64,000 nt of DNA, from positions 199,764,001-199,828,000 of the forward strand of contig OZ038378.1 in the NCBI GenBank assembly GCA_964036045.1, read 5' to 3'. Shown here in pieces: positions 51,801 through 62,210 of the stretch (positions within the stretch are counted from its first letter, which is position 1; each line of letters begins with the position of its first letter). A program made the position numbers and the translations under genes. This stretch comes from Eutreptiella sp. 'Long Island Sound 2002'. Its lineage: Eukaryota > Protista > Euglenida. The notes beneath the pieces were generated by a model. It was not told the DNA's origin. It did no database searches and was given only the letters and a program-made list of their open reading frames with translations.

Positions 51801-54800
51801 CCGCCCCATGTAGTGAGCCAATGTACTGAAGGATCCCACAGTGCCCATTGCCCCACGTAGAGGCAATGTATAGAACGGTCCCCATTGCCCACTGCCCACT
51901 GCCCACTGCAGCAGTGTTTTAAAGGATTCCCTTTTATAGAATGCCCTATGCAGTAGGGTGGTGTGAAGAAGGAGCCCCACTGCCCATTGCCCCATGCAGT
52001 GTCACAGTGTATGCAAGATCTCCACTGCCTGCTAACCCATGTAGTGAGGCAGTGTACTGAAGGATCCTAGCTGCATACTAGCCCATGTAGTGCGGCAATG
52101 TATTGCAGGATCTCCATTGTCCACAGCCCCATGCAGTAAGGCAATGTATTGCAGGATCTCCACTGCCCACAGCCCCATGCAGTGAGGCAATTTACAGAAG
52201 GAGTCCCAGTGCCCATTGCCCCATGCAGTGAGGCAAGATTTTGCAAGATCCTCACTGCCCACTGCCCAGTATCTTCACTGCCCACTGCCCCATGAAGTGA
52301 GGCACTATACAGAAGGAACCCCATTGCCCATTGCCCCATGCATTGCAGCAGTGAACTGAAGGATCCCCACCGCCCAGTGCCCCCTTGCAACGAGGCAGTG
52401 TACTAAAGGAGCCCCATTGCCCACTGCCCCATGAAGTACAGTAGTGTAATGAAGGATCCCCACCACCCACTACCCACTGAGTGCGGTGCTGTACAAAAGG
52501 AACCCCATTGCCCACTACCCCATGCAATGAGGCAGTGTTCCGAAGAAGCCCCGCTGCACACTGCCCCATCGAGTGCAGTAGTGACTTGCAGGATCCCCAC
52601 TGCCCACTATCCCATTAAGTGAGGCAAACTACAGAAGGAGCCCCATTGGCTATTGCCCCATGCGGTGATGCAGTGTACTGAAGGATCTCCGCTACCAATT
52701 GCCCCATGTAGTGAGCCAGTGCTTAGAAGGTAAAGTGCCTCACGGCATGGGGTAGTGGGTAGTGGGGCTCCTTCTCTACACTGCCTCATTACATGGGGCA
52801 GTGGGCAACGGGGAGTTGGCAAGCCACTGCTACGCTGCATGGGGCAGTGGATAGCATGGCTTCTTCTATACATCGCCTCACTGTAAAGGGCGGTGGGCCT
52901 CACTGCATCAGGCAGTGGGTAGTGGGGCTCCTTCTTACCAATGCCGCACTGCTATGGGCAGTGAGCGGTGGGGCTCCTTGAGTACACATCCGCACTGCAT
53001 GGGGCAGTGGGCGGTGGGGATCCTACAATCATTGCTAAACTACATGAGGCAGTGGGTAGTGTGCCTTTTTCTCTACACAGCCTCAGTGCATGGGGCAGTG
53101 GGTGGTGGGGCTCCTTCAATACACTTCCTCATTGCATGGGGCCGTTGGCAATGGGGCTCCTGCATGCCTTGTTGCATGGGGGCAATGGGTAACGGAATCC
53201 TTCGGTACACTACCTCACTGCATGGCGCGGTGGGCAGTGGGAATCCTTTAGTGCACTGCCTCACTGCATGGGACAGGGGAGGGTTAGGTGGAATGGAATA
53301 GATAGGCCTGATACGCCCTTGCCAGTCCACGGCGATCAGCGGTGGCCGCGAGGTAAAAACCAGCCGGGGGTTTGTCTACCATTGGGGCCGCACGATCTAG
53401 CTCACCACGGCCATGGAGGACGTCATGGCCACACTTGTAGTGGCCGTGGTACTTGTGGTGTATGAGCAGCCCACGAATGACCTCCCCAGGAACACCCACT
53501 TGCACAGGCTGCCGGTGAGCCTTTCGGACATCCAAGTGCAAATGGAGCCCCACCCTTACATGCGTGCCTACAAGAGCACCCCTATGTTGCTACGCTCCAG
53601 TAGCTCCAAGCTGGCCCCACGAAGGGCCCCACAATGGTATGGCACCAGGCGCTGCTAGGGCAGCGCTATAGGGACTGGGTGTCCCACGTGCGGCACACAG
53701 TACGAACCATCATGGTCACCGGTACCCCTCGAAAAAAAACTAGCACCCGCTGTAGGAATTTTTTTCCGCAAGGAGGATTTGCATGTAACCTTCACGTTGC
53801 TACATTGTGCGCCATAAGGAAAATTTGCTTCATCTGGTAGAGTGTGAAAAATTGGGTTTGCACCCCATGTGTCTATAAATACTCAGATTTTTCAGGAGAA
53901 CTCAATAATGGATGAAAACCATATTGGACCAAATATCAATACCGTCCCTGTGCAGACAGCTGTCAGAGATGGCTTGTACCCTACTGGGTAAACATGGGTA
54001 AACAGTGCCTCTCTGATGGGAAGGACTTGCGTTCAATTCCCAGGGCTGGCAATCTCCATGATTACAGGTAGGATGTGAATGGAAATTTTTTATTTTTGGT
54101 TTTGTTGCTTTTTTGTGCTTTTGTGCTTTTGTGCTTGTCCCCTTTGTTGGAGACCCCCGAGAATGCAGGGTTATGTAGCATTTCCGCCCACTTTTGGGCT
54201 TGCCGATAAGAGGCCAGGGTCGGCGCTGCACAGCCGGAACAGACCGGGCGTCTTTGTGCCCTAAAACACAACTACCACCCATATCGGCTGAAACATCAAT
54301 GGTTACCTTGAAAAATATCCTCCTTGCACCTTCCAAACCCAAAGAGATGGGGTAGAGTTGAGGAATTTCAGGTTTGGGGGTCCGAAAAAAAATTTCGCGC
54401 GATTTTTTTCCGTACCCCCCCCCCCTGCCCTCTGGGGGTACCCCTCGAAAAAAAAGCTGTACGCCGGTACCGGGAATCCCCCCCCCCCCCCCTTGTACAT
54501 GGCCCTCCATGCCTGCACGTGCTGCCGTCGGAGCTAGGCCCCGCCCCGCGAATGCACTTGCGGGAACATTTCCGGGATAGCGCGACGCTTGACCCCCATT
54601 GGGCCCCCACGGCGGCGCCTCAGTACTTGCAGCCTTGTATGGGGCCAGGCGTTTGGTTTCATGACTTGCCGCCGGGAGCTATGACCCGCGGGGCCATCAT
54701 AGCAACCGACGCCAGCACCACCCCGGCGGGAACGGTCATGGTGCTCGCATATGAGCGTGCACCAGGGCAATACAACATTAAGGCAGCCTCAGGAGTGGGG

Positions 54801-56507
54801 ACCTGTCAAGAGGGCGAGGCCCCAACCCTACTGCTAAGCGCTTGCCAAATGGCACTGCAGAAGCGCATATTCTGCGTGGTACCAGACTCGGAGTTTGTTG
54901 TAGGCACCCCATGCACCTACTAGGAGGGCAGACATTGCATGGACGGCATACACCACTTGTATGCGCATACTGTGGGGGCCCAGCGCCTAACCTTGAAGGA
55001 CGCAATCAACATCGTGGTCACACCATCGCAGTGTATAACCACCATCAATGTGCGGGTGGACATTGCCACTAGGGGAGCCGCAGGCAGACCTTACCTGGAT
55101 GCTGTGCCGGCCTTATGCCTTCCCATGTGCGGCAAGTTCCGGCACCACTGCAAGCTGGCCCCAACGGATCCGTAGGAGTGGCTGCAAGAGCAGGCGGTGA
55201 TTCCCGCTGGGTGCAATATGAGCACTGACGGGGACAGAACTGCGGGAAAGGCCTCGGTCTGCCTCTGGACTGGTTTACTAGTGACCAACAATGGCACTTG
55301 GTGGCCCATCAGATGTGCAACCTCCCCACCATGATGGTGTTAGCGGAGCGCTCCGAGCACACAAACGTACAACTGTGCACGCATTGTGCACGCATTGTCT
55401 GCTGTGTGGAAGCAACCCGGAAACGGCCCGACATCGATGGGAGTGCCCAGTGCAATCCCATGAGTGGCGGTTGGTAGGGCCTGCACACGTGGCTAAGCAC
55501 CTCTGTGGGGCCAAGGGCGTCGTAAGTGCAAAGCCATGGGGTTGGCAGGACTGCACAATATGGGGACAGAATCTGACAGGTGCTTTGGGAGTCACAGAAG
55601 GTCTGGCTGGCCCACACCAGAGCTCGCGACGGCCTCACCCAGGCCCGCTTGGGGCCAGAAGGCACAATGGCGTGGGCGTTGTGAGACCTCCAACTGCACC
55701 AGCAGGCGGAGTGGCAGGGCGTCCCCAGGGCAGCCCTGAACTAAGGCCATTGTATGTAGGGACAGCTGTCCCCCGCCACAGGTGCACAACACACAGCACA
55801 CAGCGCGCGTTCAGACACACAGCCCTCCCGTTTTGCATTACCCGTATGCAAGACATCCCGTCCATTTGGTCACAGTGCCTTCAGCACACCACATCAACCA
55901 CACCACACCACACCACACCACACCAAACCACACCACACCACACCACACCCATTGCCACCCCCTGCCATCCCGCCTTTGCTATCACTGAAACCAGGTTTTG
56001 GAGCAGCGGCCAACTGAGCTTAAGGATTTTACGAATTTCAAGGAAACATTCGAGAAGATGCGAACGCTGCATGCGGTGTACGAGGATGAGGTAAAGGCGC
56101 TGCACGCTCAGCTGTGCGTCGCAGTGGCCAAGGACCCAAAGTCCAGCGACCACCCGAACGCCGTGAACGCAATGGAGGCGTTTGCGGTGCTGCGGGACAT
56201 GCAGAAGGCGAAGGACCCCGCAGAGCGCTTCATGCTGCAGCACACGCCGCAGTTTCTGCAGAAGCTGCACACGGAGGTGGTGGGGCTCACGCAGCGGATG
56301 CAGGACAGCAAACTTACGCTGATGGAGCAGGATTCTGAGGCAGCGCTGGTCGCCATCCATGATTATAAAAGCGAAGTGGAGCTTCTGACAGCGCAGGCCC
56401 AGATGTTGGGTGGAGCGGCCTGGCGGCTGCATGCGGTGAGCAAGGCCCTCGTTTTGTGCCGGTCTCGCGCAGATGAGCTTAGCGATACGTTTGCGTCCCA
56501 CAAATGA
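42802..56507 (+). CDS. Rearranged dynein-heavy-chain-like protein, about 765 aa, join(42802..43068,46483..46862,48235..49372,55995..56507); may extend further 5'
   Basis: KIH..V....RLF...RVYIT (AAA4 end); EMERW...LVADCLLYAAAVTYF...GLP.D (stalk base); RWPFILDPLG and IRDAYVPVAELLSRLY (AAA5); then LEQRPTELKDF...LQKLHTEV...QDSKL (tail-like). GT-AG introns in phases 0,2,0. Confidence 0.72.
44040..44113 (-). mobile_element. tRNA-derived SINE head
   Basis: Minus strand shows A-box GTGGCATTTGGTGG and B-box GGTTCAAATCCC at tRNA-like spacing; cloverleaf not intact. Confidence 0.55.
44644..45406. repeat. Two (GCAGTGCGCGY)4 arrays about 715 bp apart
   Basis: Arrays at 44644-44688 and 45359-45406 in direct orientation. 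Confidence 0.85.
45489..45980 (+). other. Unassigned 163-aa ORF in dynein-like intron 1, probably transposon-derived
   Basis: Open frame with no coiled-coil character and no recognisable motif. Confidence 0.2.
50620..53265. repeat. 2.6-kb degenerate minisatellite with an internal orientation flip
   Basis: Units of about 40-50 bp, consensus near CCCACTGCCCCATGCAGTGAGGCAGTGTACTGAAGGAT, forward to about 52730 and inverted from about 52740. Confidence 0.9.
53700..54500. mobile_element. Non-autonomous insert interrupting a LINE relic
   Basis: GGTACCCCTCGAAAAAAAA near 53720 and 54436; C-runs at the right end; inner segment related to the 60780 repeat head (GGGTTATGTAGC...CCCACTT). Confidence 0.5.
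54505..55880 (+). mobile_element. Non-LTR retrotransposon 3' half: RNase H and C-terminal zinc-knuckle-like domain
   Basis: IATDAS, TCQEGEA, VVPDSEFV and IVVTPSQ..IN.RVD (RNase H D/E/D/D-type motifs); CLLCGSNPETARHRWEC; frameshifted. Confidence 0.7.
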
Positions 56508-56550
56508 AGGGTGAGCTCCTTGTGGAAGTGCATGGGACTTTTGGCGTGTG

Positions 56551-56644
56551 TGGGGTGGGGTGGGGTGGGGTGGGGTGGGGTGGGGTGGGGTGGGGTGGGG
56601 TGGGGTGGGGTGGGGTGGGGTGGGGTGGGGTGGGGTGGGGTGGG
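56551..56644. repeat. (GGGGT)n pentamer array
   Basis: About 18 perfect units; related (CACAC)n tracts at 49900-49966 and 55900-55950. Confidence 0.95.
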
Positions 56645-57669
56645 TTGTCCACGCTTGGGGATGGAGCAGCCCATTTTGCTGTTCTTCCCAGCTGCCCCCC
56701 AGTCGGTGCCATCAGGCTGGTTGTGGCCTGACTGGTGTACAGAATGATGGCACGGTTCCTCTGTGGTATCTGCTGGCCTGAAAGTTCTCCCAAACACAAC
56801 GGGCGTTGAGGGGGTGTTCATGTCCGATCGGTAGTTGGGTCACAGTGGTCAGACAACACTCTCATGCCTCTTCCGCTTTGGCATTCTGTGGACCGTAGTC
56901 GGCAGTCGTGGCGATCAACCGACGGAACCTGACGAGGATTGGCAGAAGGGGCGGGTATCAAAGAGCACTTGGTGATTCAACTACAGGGGTTGCTGGTGGG
57001 CCGACTCTTTATTGAGGATAAAGCCGGATTCCCGGGGAGCTGCTATCCTGCCCTCAGAGCATTGATTGTTGCTGCTGTGTGTGTGTGCTTCTTTTACGCT
57101 TCATTTTTCATAGTGCCCGCCACCAAAAAAACAGAAGCGCAAAATCACACGGAGCCCTTTTTTGGCTGAGACTTTTCCGATCTCTGGGGGAACGAGCCGG
57201 CGTTTTTTTTTTTGCATCCCTTATGCACCCCTGGAGGCAGTTGGCGGGACTAGTCGAGATATTTGGAGGTGGCCGGGTGACTGTCCTAGGTGGTCTGAGG
57301 TCAACGCACGCAGCAGGCAGTCGCGTGCCTGTACAGCTGTGGTGTACTGCACTGGAGGCATCAGATGTGAATGTTTTCATATAAGTGCCTTGATGTGTTC
57401 ATCTGACGGCGGTTGGGCTGTAACTATCAACAATTGATGGTGCTGACGGCTCCTGTTGTGTCATTGATAACAGTCTGCGGGTAAGCAACGCCGGTTGACT
57501 CGTAAGTGGCGGCACCTGGCTGGGGGAAAAATTAGGAATCAAGTTCTAGCCTTCCCAGTCCATTTGATCCCCAAACACCCTTTCTGCTTTGGGTTGTGTT
57601 GATCTATGCACTTTCATGGATCGGTGGCTCTGGCATCTGCGGCTGTGCAACAGCCACGCCGTCCGCTAG

Positions 57670-58430
57670 GGTCTGCTAGTGGCATGGGCAATGAGTAAAG
57701 TGCCCTGGAGACCCTCCATCCAATCTCCTTCGGGTCCGTCTCCTGCATGTGCCACCGCGCAAGTTGCATGGCCACGGCTCGGTGCTGAGCAGTTCAGTGC
57801 AGGATGTATTCGCAGGTTGGGCAGTTGCAGGCCCAGTTGCAGGCCACCGTTGGCAGGCCATCTGGGCCCCCTTTACATGTTTGGTGTGTTTTTTAACAAG
57901 CCAAACACACCGAGCCATGTATGTACGAATCTTCTAATCCTGTCCGCCCTGACTCATGTCAAACATGTGCATGTGCTGTACTTTGTTGTACCGGAAACGG
58001 AACCGCTTACCCACTGCACGTCAATCGAAAATGGTAACAGCTGAAGTCGACTTCAGCGCAGGTCATACAAATTCCGCTCTCTACTCCCAATGCTCTCATT
58101 GACAGAAGGCATTGCTCCAGTTCCCGCTGGTACACAGCCACCATTGGTACGGTGCTCCAGGTGAGGTTCAACGTTTGGGTTGTGGCCAAGGAGCTAAAGC
58201 CCAGAATGCAGTGAGGCTCCCACTGTTGTATCACATCCCGACGTGAGAGCGTGGTGAAGGTTTCATATGGAGTCCGGTGCACTCTTCGTATGCCTGTTTG
58301 TGATCTGTTGCCACCACATTTGTTTTCATTTTTCACTTATCCATTTTTTTTCACATTGCAGGATGGTGTCGGGATTCAGGAAATGCGTTCAATTGACGTG
58401 TTTGAGTCGAGTGCCGCTGGCGTGTCTGTT
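57670..58430 (+). pseudogene. Probable decayed downstream dynein-tail exons (57670-about 57800, 58041-58160, 58362-about 58430)
   Basis: Phase-0 acceptors CCGCTAG|, TAACAG| and TTGCAG|; donor CAG|GTGAGG. Peptides W..SK, LETLHP, P.ALIDRRH and EMRSIDVFE resemble consecutive DHC_N2-region motifs; includes a frameshift and a stop. Confidence 0.35.
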
Positions 58431-58435
58431 CATTG

Positions 58436-58735
58436 TTGTGTTGTTGTTGTTGTTGTCGTCTTGATCATTGTTGTTGTTGTTTTTGTTATTGTCGTTGCTG
58501 TTAGTGCTGGGGCTGCTGCCGCTGCTGTTGTTCCCGTTATCGTCTTCGCCGTCGTCGTGTTCCCTGTTATTGTTGTTATGGTTGTTGATGTTGTTCTTCT
58601 TCTTCTTGTTGTTGTTTTTGTTGTTGTTGTTGGTTGTTGTTGTTGTTGCTGTTGTTCTTATTGTTTCTGCTGTTGCTGTTGCTGTTGTTGCCGTTGTTGT
58701 TATTGTTGTTGTTGTCGTTGCCGTTGTTGTTGCCG

Positions 58736-58782
<47 letters not shown>

Positions 58783-58786
58783 GCCT

Positions 58787-58821
<35 letters not shown>

Positions 58822-58825
58822 GCCT

Positions 58826-58878
<53 letters not shown>

Positions 58879-58882
58879 GCCT

Positions 58883-58974
<92 letters not shown>

Positions 58975-58975
58975 G
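58436..58975. repeat. (GTT)n microsatellite of about 540 bp, degenerate 5' half and near-pure 3' half
   Basis: Direct reading; produces the poly-C/V/L/T/N ORFs. Confidence 0.97.
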
Positions 58976-59248
58976 GCGCCACTTCTCAGCCCTTCTCGAC
59001 GATCGAAGGACACTTGCTTCGGCATGTTTTGGCGGTGGTATCTACGACTGGGGGGGGATTGGACCGAGGGAGATGTGCGCATATTGCTGGCAGTTGAGAG
59101 ATATTCGTGAATGTCGGTGGAGATCGACGGGAAGTGGAGCGAAACGGGGCGAAGTCCTGGGGAAACCAAACCTCTGAGCGGTACACAGGGGCGTGGGGCG
59201 AGGTCCAGGCCCAAAGGCCCTCGCACTCCTTTGTCCCCCGCAGGAGCG

Positions 59249-59756
59249 ATGCATGGCAGAGTCACTGCCACTCGCCCCACGACCGAGGCCCAGCTGTCCC
59301 CTGGTGCGGCCATGCCCGGTCGCTGCGTCTGGCTGGCCGCCTCCTGCCTGGTGGTCTCCCTCCTGGCCCCCCTGGCCGTGGCATGTGTGCCCCCTGCGCC
59401 GTCCCTCCGGGCGCTGTACCACCCAGCCACGTTCCATGGGGCCCGGGTGGCTGCTGCCGCCGTCCCGTATCCCCCGGCGCCCCGTGGCAGCCCCTCGTAC
59501 ACCGTCGTGGGGGCGTCACGCAGGGCCCTGTGGCCTGGGACCACCGGCCGAGACATAGGGCGCACCCCCGCCCTTGTCCCCTCAATGCCCCCCGTCGGGG
59601 CGTCTGGATTGCGGGCGGTGTTCCAGGCGTGGGTGTGCGCGTTCATGTCCGTGGGCACCGTGGGGCTGTTGGCGGCGATGATGCAGAGTCAGAGGGCAAG
59701 CCCCGGCGCGCCGGGCCACAGTGTGGCCCTACTGACGGCGACCGGAGAGAACAAAG
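59249..59756 (+). CDS. First exon of a plastid-targeted protein (euglenid class I presequence); mature domain not identified in this window
   Basis: Acceptor CCTTTGTCCCCCGCAG 5 nt before ATG; TM1 CVWLAASCLVVSLLAPLAVACV; Ala/Pro/Arg/Ser-rich transit peptide with LYHP; TM2 VFQAWVCAFMSVGTVGLLAAMM; VALLTATGENK; donor G|GTATGC (phase 1). Confidence 0.75.
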
Positions 59757-60779
59757 GTATGCAGGAGGGCCCAGGGGCTTGCGTTAATTTTCATTCTGAC
59801 AGGCGGGGGGACCCTCCCCCCTGGACCCCCTCCCCCCCTCCCCCCTTCGGCACTGGTCTGGTTTGCACTGCGGTGCAACAAGGCAAAACAATGCACAGAG
59901 AGAGCTGTGGCGATGGCCATATGCCTGTGACACGGGGGTATATGCGAGCTCTGTATCCGTTGCTTTATGGCCCCCCGCCCTCAGCTGAAGTGCAGCTGAA
60001 AACCTGCGTTTTGGGGACTTTTTTAGTGACGGAAAAACAAAATCTCAGTGCCTTTGGCGAATGCCATACACTGGTAGTTGCCTATGCTTCTGCTCCGTGG
60101 TCTGAATATGATGCTTCTGCTGTGGCAGCAGAATCACCTCGAAGAGAGCTCGTTAGATCAAGCGCAGGCGCGGGCGTCGTATACCCCCTTTTTTGAGGTC
60201 ATTCGCGTAACATACCCCAAGGCATGATATTTGATGTCCAACCCCTTGTAAAAGTGTATGTTGTAATTCGTGTAATTTTTTTTTTTTCGCTGTAAATGCG
60301 CGTAACAAAAAAACCGTATAGTCGTGTAATTTTTTTTTTCCCGCTGTAAGTCGTGTAAGCCGGCTTACACGACTTACAGCGAAAAAAAAAAAATTACACC
60401 ACCTGACGGTTTTTTTGTTACACGCATTTACAGCGGGAAAAAAAAAATTACACGACTTACAGCGAAAAAAAAAAATTACACCACCTGACGGTTTTTTTGT
60501 TACACGCATTTACAGCGGGAAAAAAAAAATTACACGACTTACAGCAAAAAAAAAAAATTACACGACCTGACGGTTTTTTTGTTACACGCATTTACAGCGA
60601 AAAAAAAAAATTACACGACTTACAGCAAAAAAAAAAATTACACGACCTGACGGTTTTTTGTTACACGCATTTACAGCGAAAAAAAAAAGAATTACACCAC
60701 TTACAGCAAAAAAAAAAATTACACGACCTGACGGTTTTTTGTTACACGCATTTACAGCAGAAAAAAAAAGCGTCAGGGG

Positions 60780-61510
60780 TTATGTAGCCACCTTGCCCAC
60801 TTGTGGGCCACTTCTGATTCTGCCCCCCGCTCTGCAGCGGTGGGGCTCCCCGATACGGCAGGGGTGAGGTAGCCAATTTGCCCACTTGTGGGCCACTTCT
60901 GATTCTGCCCCCCGCTCTGCAGCGGTGGGGCTCCCCGATACGGCAGGGGTGAGGTAGCCAATTTGCCCACTTGTGGGCCACTTCTGATTCTGCCCCCCGC
61001 TCTGCAGCGGTGGGGCTCCCCGATACGGCAGGGGTGAGGTAGCCAATTTGCCCACTTGTGGGCCACTTCTGATTTTGCCCCCCGCTCGGAAGCGGTGGGG
61101 CTCCCCGATACGGCAGGGGTGAGGTAGCCAATTTGCCCACTTGTGGGCCACTTCTGATTTTGCCCCCCGCTCTGCAGCGGTGGGGCTCCCCGATACGGCA
61201 GGGGTGAGGTAGCCAATTTGCCCACTTGTGGGCCACTTCTGATTTTGCCCCCCGCTCTGCAGCGGTGGGGCTCCCCGATACGGCAGGGGTGAGGTAGCCA
61301 ATTTGCCCACTTGTGGGCCACTTCTGATTTTGCCCCCCGCTCTGCAGCGGTGGGGCTCCCCGATACGGCAGGGGTGAGGTAGCCAATTTGCCCACTTGTG
61401 GGCCACTTCTGATTCTGCCCCCCGCTCTGCAGCGGTGGGGCTCCCCGATACGGCAGGGGTGAGGTAGCCAATTTGCCCACTTGTGGGCCACTTCTGATTC
61501 TGCTCCTCGC
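60780..61510. repeat. 85-bp tandem satellite, about 8.5 near-identical copies
   Basis: TGGGGCTCCCCGATACGGCAGGGGTGAGGTAGCCAATTTGCCCACTTGTGGGCCACTTCTG recurs with period 85. Confidence 0.97.
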
Positions 61511-61907
61511 TCTGAATTTTGTCCCCTTTTGTTTTTGCCCTTCGTGTATGCAACAGTGTCCTTCAAGCAATGCTCTGCGAATGGCACCGGGGCATACACG
61601 AAGAAATCGGCCACAATGAGTTCCGTGGGCACGGATGATACCCTATGAATACACATGCAATGTACTATTGCTTGGCTGTTTGGGACTCTCTACCCTTGAG
61701 CTGACGAAGGAGCTTATTCGTCATTCAACGGTGAGGAGCCACAAACCCATGATATGGTGCAATGCATGTGGGGGACCGACAATGAAAGTGCATTTCCTAT
61801 TTTCGGCTGCTATGCCAATTGGACATTCTCTGGGTTACCTTCAGCCTCCGGCTTGGCTGTCCCCCCTCTTTTGTGTGTGACATTTCCTCTTTGCTAGTGT
61901 GTAATAT

Positions 61908-62210
61908 GTGCATGTGCACAATGGGCCGGAGGCCAGGCCGCAACCTTCCGTGGACACTCCCACCGAGGAGGAGGACACCCGTCCCAAGGTCCTCATCCGT
62001 GGAGAGTGGCGCAAGGTGCCGGATGGCTACCCAGCAGATGCATCTGGCCAGCTGGAGCGTGACCAGCTTTTCATTGATGACCTATGCAAGCAGGTAGTTC
62101 CAGAGTTGCGCGCCGCTTGTCAGCTTAACGCCAATCCTGGTGCAAAGCCCAAGTCCGGTGACACAAAAACGGACTTGATCTACAAGCGTGCATTCTGCAA
62201 CTACTTGTAG
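61908..62210 (+). CDS. ORF of about 100 aa with a SAP-like motif, probably transposon-borne
   Basis: LCKQVVPELRAACQLNANPGAKPKSGDTKTDLIYKR resembles the SAP pattern (V.EL+...G.K..LI.R). Confidence 0.3.
   Translation: MHVHNGPEARPQPSVDTPTEEEDTRPKVLIRGEWRKVPDGYPADASGQLERDQLFIDDLCKQVVPELRAACQLNANPGAKPKSGDTKTDLIYKRAFCNYL

Noticed and set aside
56505-56507. UGA=Trp code reassignment or selenocysteine
   Set aside because: TGA terminates thioredoxin and the 481-aa model, TGG is used for Trp, and no SECIS was identified.
58251-59658. Long ORFs rich in C, V, L, T or N
   Set aside because: They are translations of the (GTT)n microsatellite.
60250-61510. CRISPR-like regular repeats (also 50620-53265)
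   Set aside because: The repeats are tandem with no unique spacers, there are no cas genes, and the context is eukaryotic.
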